Shown here piece after piece: positions 40,101-52,650 of a DNA stretch of 64,000 nt; position 1 is the stretch's first letter, and each line of letters begins with the position of its first letter. The stretch comes from Ylistrum balloti. Lineage: Eukaryota. Position numbers and translations under genes: made by a program. Location: NCBI RefSeq assembly GCF_031769215.1, contig NW_026782198.1, forward strand, positions 1 through 64,000, given 5' to 3'. Below the pieces are notes generated by a model. It had not been told where the DNA came from, did not search any database, and was given only the letters and a program-made list of their open reading frames with translations.

Positions 40101-40853
40101 AACATTTTGAGCTATATATTCCACAATGGTGTCATTTCCTTTCAGAGCAGCAAGTCTGAAAGAACTCTCTCCAGTATCATTCTGTAACATGTAATCACAG
40201 CCTTTTTCTATCAGCAATTTCACAACATCCAGTCTGTTTTCCTCCACTGCTCTATGCAGAGCTGTTCTACCATTACAATCTCTGCCTCTAACATCAGCAC
40301 CATTATTTATCAAAAATTCACACAAATCTAAAGAACCTTTGCTAGCTGCATTTAATAGTGGTGTGGCTCCATATATGTTTGGAATATTGACATCTGCTCC
40401 AGCCTTGATTAATTCATTTACACATTCCTCACTGTTGTGAAGACAGCCCACAAGAAGAGCTGTTCCGTTTGTGCTTGATGTACAGTTAATATCTGCTCCA
40501 AGACTGATTAACAAGCGCAATACCTCAATGGAATTACGTTCCGTACAGCTCCACAGCGGTGGTACATGATCACGAAAATGTTTATGTGTATAGCTTCCTC
40601 TTTGTTCAATGTTAACTTCACATTCAGATACAAGATACCTGATAATGTCTAAATCGCCTTCCTCACAAGCAACATACAATGCTGCTTTTTCATTTATCAG
40701 ATGATGCAGAACTTTGGTGCATGAATCACCTGTCAGATCTTCAGAAGACAAATTCTCCTTCAAAACTTTTAACTTGTTATCTCCAGTTTGAATTATTGAT
40801 TGAATGAAATGTGCATAAGAGTGCACTATTTCTGGACTCATATTTTTCCTCAT
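37105..40853 (-). CDS. fem-1: Fem-1-like ankyrin-repeat/TPR protein (CRL2 substrate-receptor family), about 625 aa, two coding exons
   Basis: Exons 40853-39624 and 37752-37105 join in phase 0. N-terminal ankyrin repeats (ALYVAC, PPLWSC, TPLLNAA, TALHRAV), FEM1-type middle (QSLLVRERILGSSHSET..GAVYAD..CIQLW), and C-terminal KTLLHL..FPS..GAN..TVLH..TLKCLAATAV. Confidence 0.88.
38595..38990 (-). mobile_element. HINE-like element, family 1, in the fem-1-like intron
   Basis: Reverse-oriented units (aaaatccaagatggcc..ccattttgtttttctgatc) ending in a 5'-type end (ccatcatctgat..ggctaaag). Confidence 0.6.
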
Positions 40854-41417
40854 TCCCTTATCTTATACCAATTCATAACATCTGAAATAAACAAAAGCAA
40901 GGTTAAATACAATATAAAACAAATTTACATTCCATTCCATTGTCAATCAATGTCTACATTCAGTTGAAATCCATTTAATATATTTATCTACAGTACATAT
41001 TACAGTTGGTTGAAGAGCTTTCACTATTAGAATTTAATCATTATCAAAACTTTTCTATTTGAGGCAGATATTTTTTAGTACTCAACTGGTGTATTTTCTT
41101 CATTTCTTTCTTCAGAATTTTACTAATATAACTGCAAATTTTATCTTAGCATAGACTGTCCTTAAATTTTTTTACAAATTTCAAACTCTACACTATTGTT
41201 GATACTGACCTGATTTTATATATAGGATAGAACACTTGGGTGGTTATCTTTTTTCCAAAGTTCTTTGGAATCCACTTTCAGGATTCCAAAGAACCTTGTT
41301 TTAACACTAAAAATAATCCTTTTTAATATTTTAACTGAATGGTTGATTTAGACTTCACTTGCTCTTGTTAGTTTCGTCAGATAAAAGACAAATAGGATGA
41401 ATTTACAATAATGTCTA

Positions 41418-41676
41418 GGACCTGTGATAGCTTAATCGGTAAGAGCATATGCCTCAGGTGATGAGATCTGATAATGAGGTACATTCATTGTATGTAGTTC
41501 AGCTCTTACTACCCTTGCCCGTTTGTGTTTCTCGGGAAACTACCAGTATGTGTTGATGTCCTTGGGCAAGACATATTACCTCATTGCTGTGGTAGCCACC
41601 AGCTGCAACAAGGATATATCGTCTTATAATGACCCTGGTTGTTCACAGGGCGATCAACCCAACATACAAACAACAA
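41418..41676 (+). mobile_element. tRNA-derived SINE with CORE/V-like central domain
   Basis: A-box-like TAGCTTAATCGGTAAGAGC, central GTCCTTGGGCAAGACA..TACCTC, and a (CAAA)-rich tail; the B box is degenerate. Confidence 0.6.
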
Positions 41677-42575
41677 TGCGATGCTAAATAAACGTGGATA
41701 ATTTTTTCGTCACTCTTCGATAGGAACACACTTAGTCCAATGTGCATGCATATAACAACAAAAAAATTTAAGTTTAAAAAAAAAATTATCAACTCTGACA
41801 ATTTAGCAAAATATTCATTATTACAATAAACATGTCTCAAACCATCATCGCAAAAAGGTTCCAAAATTCTGACCGATCTTTACGCAACCAGTAGTGTTCT
41901 GGTGACGTGATCCGCGGAAGAATGCGATATAGGAAGGGAAGGCCAGAACACCCGGACGCAGACGCCTACTTTGTTTCACTTGGTATGATGTCTCTTTTTC
42001 TACAAACCTGTAAAATGACAGTCCAGTCTACAAAACACAGGTAAAAACATATGCTATTTAGTTACGTAAAACGATTGACATATATGTCATTACCTCTCTA
42101 ATGCTGGTAAATGCTGACAAGTTCATCAAAATCTGACAGGAAGTGTACTGGCAGTGTAAATTGATGGGACGGATGGCGGTGAATAAATTGCGGATATAAA
42201 CCAAAAATCTATACAGTGGCGTAGCAAGTGTTTTTTAGGAGTTTCAAGAGATGGTCCAGGGGCTTGATGGGGGATCTGTGGGACGAAGCCCCCCTAAAGC
42301 TGTCGTATTTTAGTTGATCAGAAATCTTTTCTATTTACATCACGTTCCATCAGGGACGTATATATCACGTGTTATATATGTCACTGGTTCTATTCAACAA
42401 AAATGAGGACATGCAGTAATAATTTTTGTTAACAATAATCGCTGTTTCGAGCTTATGCGTATACGATATCGCTACACCACTGGTATATCAAAGTCCGTAC
42501 TTTAACTAAAATTAAACACGTCAAGCTTCAGAATCTTATGGATAAAGAGGTTTCATAAGAAACGAAATAATAAAC

Positions 42576-42760
42576 TTTGTTGGTCGGGATCGAATAGATC
42601 GAGGGCATATTGTTTTTGTACTGTCTGTTTGTCTGTTACCAACTTCAACCTTGTCCGTAACTATGTACCGTGACCATTGACTTTCATTTGAAAGTAGACA
42701 AAAAAGATGAAATCTTTTCATATGTACAAATATCCATGCTTTGAAATATCTCGCAATATG
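42576..42760 (+). mobile_element. 5' fragment of another HINE-like family
   Basis: GGATCGAATAGATCGAGGGCATATTGTTTTTG followed by a (CTGT)-type microsatellite. Confidence 0.3.
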
Positions 42761-42855
42761 GCTCGTTATCGTTTTACAAGTCGTTCACTGTAATCTGATG
42801 ATTTAGGAAATTAATCTATTTGATATCAACAAATAGCAAGGTGAAAACAGATCAG

Positions 42856-42912
42856 TATGCACTTGTCCTAGTGTTGCTATTGTCCAGTGATATTGAACTC
42901 AACCCTGGACCT
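42856..42912 (+). other. 2A-like (StopGo) peptide motif YALVLVLLLSSDIELNPGP
   Basis: DIELNPGP at 42889-42912 matches D(V/I)ExNPGP, preceded by a hydrophobic run and in frame with the PHD finger. Confidence 0.75.
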
Positions 42913-43045
42913 ACAGGTGACAATACCCCCTCTAATGAAGGGATTAGCCCTACACACCTGGCCTGTACCTATTGTGACTTTAATGCACAGTTTGACAGTG
43001 TGGAAGTCTATTGTGTTGGGTGTCTACAGTCTTGGCATAAACAAT

Positions 43046-44027
43046 TGTAGTAGTCGTGCTTCTTCGCATACCAAAACCACAACTCCGAGGGTTCGCTTAA
43101 GCTTTTATTTTCACAGATAGTAATATAAAAAAACCTGCAACAGATACAACATATATTAGTACGAATTAGACACTAAGAATATCACACAATCAATTAATGT
43201 CACCCTGACCGTAGCCAGTTACAGTATAAAAAAACTAATTTAACAATTACACTATTAACTACATTCCTATAAATTATACAGAAATTACAGCTGAATAATT
43301 ATATATTAACGAATATATAATATTAGACATTAATACACACGTATAAAATACCCACCTCTTCAATGTGAAGAAGGTTTTCTTTCCGGACGAAGTCCGCCGA
43401 GCTCCAATTCTGACTCGAAGTTTACACTATATATAAGGAAAGTACGATAAACATCAAAGCCTTCTTCTTTAAAACTATGGACCTATACGCGTATTACAAA
43501 ATGTAAATTGACCACACCCAATATTTGAATTTACTCGATTCCGAAAACATTTACTTTTACTTGAAACAAAACTATTACGTAAATTAAATATATTATTAAA
43601 TAGATACTATATTAAATTATACTTATAGTAACATACTAAGTATCGGGTACTTACATTACTCCTACAGCTAGTGTCCCACAAATAGCAATAATGATTCTAG
43701 GTAACTTATTGATGTTGCCGCATCGGCCGCTCTGCCCAAAATGACCAGTGCGCTCCTAGATCACCCAATATCCCCCGTAAATATACTAATAATATACTTA
43801 AACTGGTTTACAAATACAAACGTCACACCCATCTCGCGCTCCACTCTCACTTTCATGTGCCATGCTCGCGCGCGCGCTAAAATCCATGTCGCAATGCGCC
43901 ACGTACCGAATAATACGAAAGGCTGACTTCCGGTTCTGACACGCGAACGCCTAACGATAATATTAAAACAATAACAAATGTATATAGCACATATATTAAA
44001 ATAATATGTCAAAATAACATTACTACA
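43046..44027 (-). repeat. 3' LTR (982 bp) of the Gypsy element
   Basis: Starts TGTAGTAATG and ends GACTACTACA on the minus strand; directly preceded by the polypurine tract. Confidence 0.88.
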
Positions 44028-44040
44028 TTCTCCCCTCCTT
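44028..44040 (-). other. Polypurine tract AAGGAGGGGAGAA
   Basis: All-purine 13-mer abutting the 3' LTR on the element sense strand. Confidence 0.85.
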
Positions 44041-44295
44041 AGATGGAAGATGCCCTCATCTGTGTAACTAGGGCAGATATTAAACAAATTACAATCAAAT
44101 AAGATACAACTTTCAATATGAAATCTAAAACCGTGAAAAGAAAATTGCAGTTATCAATTTCCCAATTTCACTTAGTACTCTCCCGCTCAAATGAAAGATG
44201 TCCACATCTTCCAAAGGGTCACAGTAACACAACAATCACATCAAGAGAGGAGTTTCAATGTAACAACGTTGCAACAACACAAAAAACACATAAAA

Positions 44296-47215
44296 TTAAC
44301 CGATTAAAATACTGAACAGCGCCCGCTGAGCTGATACTGGCATGGCTCCAAAGGACGCTGACGAGGTTACGTTCACCAAGAACATAGCTTTCGCCCTCCA
44401 CTCCGTATCTGCTCCAACAGGTTGCTGCGAACATACGAACTCGCCTGACTTCATCCAATTCGGCGGTCGTCTGTCTCTCGTTGACCTCCTTGGTGCTGGA
44501 ATCACCGGAATAGGCAAAGAAACATTCCCCTGCTCTGCAGCTGCAGGTTCATCTTCCGGTTCAGATTCCGACGTCTCCACATCATCGAAGTCAGTCTGAG
44601 GCCCAGGCTCAGGTGCTATATCCCCAGTCAACTGCACCTTATCCAATGTGGATGGCCGATGAACGTCGGTAGGGACGTCCATTCCCACAAATTCCTCTTC
44701 TGAGCTGTCATCGCTGTCACTTACATGTGGCGATTCAAAAGGCTCGGTCACAGACTCCTGATGACGTGGTCCACATTCCACCCTCGACCTCCTGACGCGT
44801 TGCACCGGTCGGGGCGGCCGTGATATAGTTACTGTATCCACTTCCAATGGTATAGTCCCAACGGGAAGAAGATTATTTCGATGAAGGGTTTTACTTTTTC
44901 CCTCTCCGTCCTCTCTAAGTATGGTATATACGGGTATCTCGCTGTTGGGCTGACTTTTCACAACATACACCCCAGGCTCTCAACGATCAGCTAGCTTATG
45001 ACGTCCTTCAAAAGCGAAGACTTTAACCAAAACTCGGTCACCAAGTTCCAGAACTGCTTCTCTACTGCGCAGATCGTAGTCCGTCTTCTGGCGCTTCTGT
45101 GACTCCCGAGCCTTGCCACTTGCTAACTTGAACGAGTGAATCATCATATCCCTCATGTTCTTGACGAAACCTGGCATACTAGATGAAGGAGTTTCTTCAG
45201 TAAATCCGCACAGCAGATCAACGAGTAACCGTGGCTGTCGCCCAAACATTAATTGGAATGGCGAATACCTCGTCGTCTTATGGCTCGTACAGTTGTACGC
45301 ATATGTTAGCGAACCTACAAAACTCTTCCAGTCTTTCTTCTGGTGCGATTCCAGAGTGCCTAACATGTCGATAAGGGTTCTGTTGAAACGCTCACACATT
45401 TCATTTCCGCTAGGATGATAAGGTGTTGTTCTCGACTTAGCGATTTTCAATGTGTTACACAAACTTGATATAACTTTCCCTTCAAAGTTAGCCCCTTGGT
45501 CGGAATGTAATCTTCGAGGAATTCCATAATGCTCTATGAACCCTTGCAATGCCTCTGCTGTCGCCTTAGCTGACTGATTTCGAGTAGGAATGGCTTTGGC
45601 ATACCGAGTAAAATGGTCGGTGATCACTAAAACATCTTGGATTCCTGCCTTGGATGTTTCCAGCTTAAGAAAATCCATACATACCAAATCCATTGGTTGG
45701 GTAGTGACAATGTTAATTAAAGGTGTTCTTATGTTAGTCGACGATTTCCTAAGCAGACATCTTCTGCATTCCTTCAACCACATCTCGACGTCTTTTGTCA
45801 TTCCCGGCCAAAAGAATCCATCCCCCAACAAAGATAACGTCCTTACTCGGCCAGGATTGCCAATATCATTGTGTAATGACGTCAACACCTTCTCCCGCAT
45901 GCTAACCGGAAGTACCAACTGATCTACTTCAGTCTCACCATCCGATATACGGCGGTACAACACCCCACGCTTCAATTTACAGCTATCCCAGCATCTGGTA
46001 AGGGTAGCGTTTTCTGGAATAGCTGATGATTGTCTGTGGTTAGGCTTCAAGTTCCTCCTTATGACGGGTAACCATTCTCCAATGACCTCATCCTCCGCCT
46101 GAAGAGTTCGCCACTGATGTGGTGTCATGGCTTGGAATCCGTTTCCATCACTCATGTCCAGTGTATCCAGAACCTCAGATGACAGACTCAAACATTTTAC
46201 CAGGGAACCGTTACAAGAGATTGCTGCTTTACAGACAGTTTGTACAGTCTCTGACGTAATATCACATCCGGGAAGCCTCGACAAAGCATCCGCGTCAGCA
46301 TTATTCCGTCCTGGTCGGTACTTAATGCTGAAATTGTAAGCCGACAGAGTTGATAACCATCTATGTCCCGTGGCGTCGAGTTTAGCCTTTGACAAGACGT
46401 AGGTCAACGGATTGTTGTCTGTCAAGACAGTGAATGTCTGTCTATATAGATGGTTATGAAATTTCTTAGTAATGGCCCATTTTAATGCCAAAAATTCTAA
46501 TTTATGAGCCGGATAGTTCTTCTCCGACTTGCTCAATCCTCGACTGGCATAGCAAATTGGTCGCATTTTCCCATCCTGCTCCTGGTATAATACGGCTCCT
46601 AGTCCTAGGGTACTTGCGTCGATGTGAAGTTCAAACGGCTGCCTGTAGTTAGCACAACCAGGCACAGGTGGGTTACTTAGTGCTTCCTTCAGACCGATGA
46701 ACGCCGTGGCGTGTTCTGATGTCCATAGCCACTTAACACAATTCGCATCAGGTTTCCGCTTTCCCTTCTTGGCTCTAGTTGGGGGTAACAGGTCAGTCAA
46801 AGGTTTAGCTATCTTTGAAAAATCCTTAACGAACTTCCTATAACAATCGGCAAATCCTAAAAAACTGGCGTAATTCTTCAGCATTAGACGGCGTCGGCCA
46901 GTCTCGCACCTTTTCAATTTTTTTTGGATCCGCTTCAATACCTTCCGGAGTGACGATATGTCCGACATAGGCAACTCTGTTCATAAAGAACTGACACTTC
47001 TTGGGCGCAAGCTTCATACCGTTATCCCTGAGTCTCTGAAACAACCTGCCTAATCGCACCAGATGCTCATCATAAGTCCGTGAAAAAAAACAATTAAATC
47101 GTCCAGATATATCAAGCAGATGGCTAAGTGGAGATCCCCCATGCATCTCTCCATCAAACGCTGAAACGTCGCGGAAGCGTTTGTAAGTCCAAAAGGCATC
47201 CTCGTGAACCCATAA
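44296..47215 (-). pseudogene. Gypsy pol remnant (RT C-half, RNase H, integrase) with about 3 frameshifts
   Basis: RMPFGL, YLDD, KKCQF, DAS..GLGAVL, YASR, TDNNPL, FFWPGM..C..C, MDF, TDHFTRY, SDQG, ERFNRTL, GDRVLVK, LHRNNLLP. Gag and protease are absent. Confidence 0.9.
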
Positions 47216-50200
47216 AATAAATAAAACATTACTACACAATGCCTTAACATTGAAGGTCACAACCTACTGAATGAAGACTCTGCAGATCTCCATACCTGGA
47301 TATGTGATCAGTGTATTCAAGATATTGACACAGAAAAGAATAATCCACATTTCAAATTACTACCAGATGAATACTAGAATAAGGGAATATCATTTGTTTC
47401 CTGGAATGTGAGGAGTTTACCTAAACATTTTGAGGAAATTAAATACCATATTCTTAAATGTAAGCCAAAGATTGTGAGCCTTTGTGAAACATGGCTTAAT
47501 GATACTCATCCTTCCGAATCTTTCTTAATTCCAGGATATCACTTTATTCGGCAGGATAGACTTCATAAGAGATGAGGTGGTGTTGCTCTCTATATAAGCC
47601 AGAGTATCAAATTAAAAAAAAAACGGAATGACCTCATCAATGAAACTATTGAATTATCTTGGATTGACATACGCCAAAATAATTTTAAGCCCTTTCTTGT
47701 GTGCTCTATCTATAGACCACACGATGCAAATTCAATTTGGCTGAAACATCTGGAAGCTACGCTTGACGCTTTATCATCAGATAATGTGTCCATGGTGGTA
47801 TTGTGAGACTTCAATTTAAACTCTGTCAACATGTGTACTTCTTATAAGTCTCTTTGTTCTGACATGGAGAGTTATGGACTCTATAATATTGTTAATGTCT
47901 CAACAAGAACTACAGAAACCACTTCCAGTAGCATCGACCATATTTGGACAAACATACCTGACTTATTCCCCGTGTGTGACACTAGCCGAGTTAGTGTTAG
48001 TGATCACTACCCAGTGTATGCAATAAAGAATTCTGATGGCAAAAAATCATCTGGAATCAATACCATTCGATACCGATGCACCAAAAACTTTGATGAATCA
48101 GTTTTCAAAAATGACCTAGATTCTGCTCACTGGGATCTCCCTGAAGTGAAATCCACTGAGGATATAAATGAGCCAATCGAATCCTGGAGTAAAACCTTCC
48201 TTAATATCCTAAATAAAAATGTGCCTTTTAAAGAAAAAAGGGTAGAATACAAAACTATTCCTGATTGGTGGAATGAAGACCTGTCTACAGCAATCAGAAC
48301 TAGAGATAACCATAAACATCTCTCAAATAGTGAACTGTATAAAAAAATGGAGAAATCGTGAAACAGCCCTGGTTAAAAAAAGCAAAAAATGAATTTTACA
48401 AAAATGTTCTTGATTCATGCAAAAAAGAACCAAACAAGTACTGGAAATATTTCAAACAACTTGTTCCAAACAAGTGTAATAGTATACCAGACTTTATATT
48501 AGCAGATGAGAAACAAATTGATGATCCTATAGAAATAGCAAATTCCTTTAATAGTTATTTTACTGACATAGTCAAAGAATACATATCTGAAACAAGTGAT
48601 GAAACTCCTGCACACCATTTTTATAAAATTCAAAATTTTGTTTCTCAAAAGCTCCCTTCAAATACATTCTATGATATACCAAAGATTTCATATAGTTTTG
48701 TTAACAAATTCCTGAAAAATCTTGACTGTAAGAAAGCTACGGGCCTAGATGGAATTTCAGCCAAATATCTGAGAATGTCAGCAGATTCCGTGTCTGATTC
48801 AGTAACAAAGCTATTAAACATGTGTATTGAAATGAATGTTTTTCCTGACCAATTCAAACATGCTAAAATAAATCTTGTCTTTAAAAAGGGTGAGAAATGT
48901 TCAGTCCGTAATTATCGACCAATTTCCATTCTTCCAGTTTTGTCTAAACTTTTAGAGAAACATATTCAGTCTACTTTTTACCAGTTTTTAAATACGCATA
49001 ACATACTCCTTGATAACCAGTCTGGTTTTCGTAATATGCACTCCTGTCAAACTGCCCTTACTGCTCTCACCAACCGATGGTATGATGAACGGGACAAAGG
49101 GAATCTTATAGGTGTAATGTATATAGACTTTCGTAAAGCCTTCGACCTAGTGAACCACAAGATCCTCCTTCAAAAATGAAATTATATGGCTGTTCCAAAA
49201 AAACTATTAGTTTCTTTGCTTCCTACTTATCTAATCGACTCCAAAAAGTTTCATTCAGCGATGTACTCAGTAATTTCCTTGAAGTCGAAACTGGTGTTCC
49301 TCAAGGATCCATACTAGGCCCCGTGATGTTTTTAGTATATTTTAATGACCTGCCACTTTGTTCAAATCGATGTGAACTCTTTATGTATGCAGATGATACG
49401 TCTATGCAAAAAGCAGACAATGATATCAATGTCATTGAATCATGCCTGCAAGATGACTTTGACAAAGTTAGAAATTGGTGTAATGTCAATAAAATGGTTA
49501 TAAATTCAGAAAAAACTAAAACCATGGTAACTGGTAGTAGGCAGAAGAAACAAAGGCTTTCAAAAGGTCTTGATATCTCAGATGGTAAATGTAATGGAAA
49601 AACTTTTAGGTGTGAATGTAATCCTGGGATATACAAGATGTACTAAAAAATAAATTTTAAATTATACTGCTGGTTTTGATGTTATACATTTCATGTATTG
49701 AATTATGTATCTGTTTTTTTTTTTTTTTTTTTTTTAGACTTTTAGCTTTCCATTTTATTATCTGTGATTATATATATAATCATAACATTCAAGCGGTCTC
49801 TTGTTTTAAAGCTAAAAACATTGGCATATATGTATATTGGACACTTAGGTATTTAGTGTTTATAATCATATTTTATATGCGACATGAGATCTTATGTATG
49901 CATGACTTTTAATACTTAATTTATTATAATGAATACTCATATATCTTTCATAATTCGGAAATTCTGTGATATCAATGTTATATTCTGTGATATTAACAAA
50001 CATTTTGTAATGTTCTATGTTTTAATTATGCTGTAAATACTGTATATTTTATATTTTCGACCACATGTGAGAAGGGTCTTTGACTCAATGTGTAATCGAA
50101 TGAAAATAAAGTCTATTATTATTATTATCACATCAGCTAAAAACTTAAATTAAGACATCTTAAGTTTTAAAAATTCGGCATTTTACGTTGAAATTCGTAT

Positions 50201-51575
50201 AGACTGCTGAAACACACAGTTTAAATGTTACCGACGTCGGTAGAGTACGCGTTTGAATGTCGATCACCCACATTGTTTGACAGATACATCTGCAACCAAT
50301 CAAACCAAGTGTTTCGATATCTCTAAACCAAAACCTCAACCCATTCATTTCTAAGATACCATATATAAATATACCTGTACAGCGCCTTATCTCTGTAGTC
50401 ACTGCGGATCATAGAAGATCATTATGGAATCCACCCAGATCCCGTAAGAATGACATTTACAATTTCACGAAGCGCTACAAGGCGATGCCGTTTAGTCTCG
50501 CATTGGATATGTCCGTGGCACTGACCAAAGAGCTGTCACAGAATAAACACCATGTAAACTATATACTAAAGGAAATGCTGTCATTTAAGGAGGAAACACA
50601 TGACACTGTGCATTCTGTGCCAGATCAACTACTGGTACCCCGTACCCCGCTAGGTATTTACCAGAGTTCAGCCCTTGTCTCATGCAACCCCTTTCTCCTG
50701 TCTCCACAATGTAGGTACCGCGTTCATCGCAAGGTATGTATAAGTATCCAAGCACCGTCCCCCAACCGTTTTAAGTGAAAGTAGTTTGCCCCTCACAAGG
50801 TAGAAATATGGATGTGTTTTGTCCCCACCGGGTAAGTACTTCGTCCTCGGTAGATACACAAGCATGCCATCACCCAGCTATATGAATATAATTTGTCAAC
50901 GTCATATGATCACGAGTGTTCGATGGTATTACCGTTAAAGGGATTTTTATACTTAATTCTGTAAACTTTCATTTTTGTGATATTGCCTGCCTCGGCTTTT
51001 CCCTTCGACTAAAATTAAGAAACGTGTTACACTAATTAAGAGATTGGCTTCTAATGAGTGAAGAACAATTTCAAATAAAACAAATAACTTTGAGTTCTTC
51101 ACCCATTACAGGTAAAGTTCTGAGCTAGTGATGTCATGTACCTGTTCTTTTCAACATATTAATTCTTACTGTGAAAGATTCCTTTCAGTATGCTGAATCT
51201 TCATTGTCCACTAAATGTGTAAGTCTCCAATCGTTATCAGTCTCTGCAATTGGTCAAACTGACAAGCCTGTTTGGTACAAGCAATTTTTCGTTTAAAATG
51301 TATTAGTTCACTATGATTGGGTGAAACTTGTGTGCGTCAATAATGTAATGAACTTTCGTGTTTGAGTTGTGCTTTTGATAATTTCGATTGTGCCTGCTAT
51401 GATTTTAGAACGTAACAGATTGACCAGAACATAAGAGGGCCAATTATGAACGTTAACATTGAGTTTTGTATCAGTTGATATCCTCACCATATCGAGTTAG
51501 ATGTCGATGTCATTTTATAAGGATCTGGTAGACTCTTATCTTTTGTATACCGTAGTGATATATTGATCTGTAAAT

Positions 51576-51700
51576 CACACACACACACACACGCATGCAT
51601 GCAATCTCTCTCAATCTGTCTGTCTGTTTCACCACCCTCGCACACACACACCCATCCCTCCACTCCCTACCCACACCCTCCCCCGACATACACACAACAT
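51576..51700. repeat. Compound CA/CT/CTGT microsatellite region
   Basis: (CA)8 at 51576 followed by mixed CT, CTGT and CA/CC runs. Confidence 0.8.
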
Positions 51701-52384
51701 AGTAGTACATTAATATACGCCCACTCCATTATACACTAATAGTGAGAAGCGATAGGAGAAGTTACTCGGTGAGATCAGAATGGTGGACATGAAGATCGTT
51801 GAATAAAATAGATAAAAGGGTTGGATGATGGAGCCTATTTGTCTCCGAAAGACACTTTCTACACAAAGGGTTTAAAGGGTACATAATCACAGGACTTAGA
51901 ATCTATTTTAGTCCGTGAAATAATAAAAAAAATATCCTTTCACAAAAGGTTTTATTCCAGCGGTCCACTGTTTCCAACAACGTTATGAATTTTTCATGAG
52001 ATCATAGTGGCATATGACATGGTTACATAGAGGCCTCGTATCATTTTATGGATACCACAACCTTGATTTACTATTATTGATAAATACCCAATCCAAAATG
52101 AAATGTAATGTACAAAATTGGCAAAACTTGAATTAATCAATATTTCCGCATAGATTAACTATTTATTTTATTTTGGTGTCTTTTTAAGATGTTATGTCAT
52201 TTATCAACAAATATGATATGACTTTTCAAAAGCATTTTAATGATATACTCTCTTTTGCAAGATTTAGCGGATACGTATTCGAATGTTTTTATTTAATACA
52301 AATGAATGATATTTTTCATTAAAAAGCGCTGATACAAAAACTCGTGAAGCCGTTATATTAAATTTATTTTCAAATGTGCAGAAC

Positions 52385-52650
52385 TTACCTCCAATGCGTG
52401 ACTTCCGGCATAACACGACCACTTGTAGCATGATTTAACCAAGAATCCGGAACTATATTTCCCGTTGCCGTTTCCGCTGATTTTAATTTTCCCGCGATTG
52501 TAACAATCCCAGAATGCCAAACATAGCTGTAAACACATGGACGTAATTGTGCCCGAAAACGGGAAGAAAAGCAACGATTTTGGTGATGTCATCACATAAA
52601 CCAATGATGCATGACCACGACGGGGCTTATTATGACCCCTTGTGGACAAT
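52385..52650. promoter_or_regulatory. Putative divergent promoter region
   Basis: CpG-richer, ETS-like ACTTCCGG (about 52402) and CCGGAA, a minus-strand GTAAGT donor at about 52384-52389, and a plus-strand ATG at 52651. Confidence 0.4.

Larger units (their letters stand above)
43046..47236 (-). mobile_element. Internally deleted Ty3/Gypsy LTR retrotransposon
   Basis: 4-bp TSD CAAT (43042-43045 and 47237-47240), TGTAGTA...TACTACA termini, pol order RT-RNaseH-integrase, and a PPT next to the 3' LTR. Confidence 0.93.
42802..50128 (+). mobile_element. Decayed CR1-type LINE (2A-like - PHD - APE - RT) interrupted by a Gypsy insertion at 43046-47236
   Basis: Removing the Gypsy and one CAAT copy restores WHKQCLNI and a C4HC3 PHD finger ending WICDQC. 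Then SWNVRSL, CETWL, GGVALY, IYRP, SIDHIW, SDHYPV (APE) and KATGLDG, NYRPISIL, QSGFR, DFRKAFD, GVPQGSILGP, YADD (RT). AATAAA + (ATT)n tail at 50105-50128. Several stops and frameshifts. Confidence 0.88.

Noticed and set aside
42223-42320. CAGTGGCGTAGC end of a hAT-like MITE (complementary-type end at about 33547-33560)
   Set aside because: The ends are 8.7 kb apart, outward-facing and without a TSD, so they are not one element.
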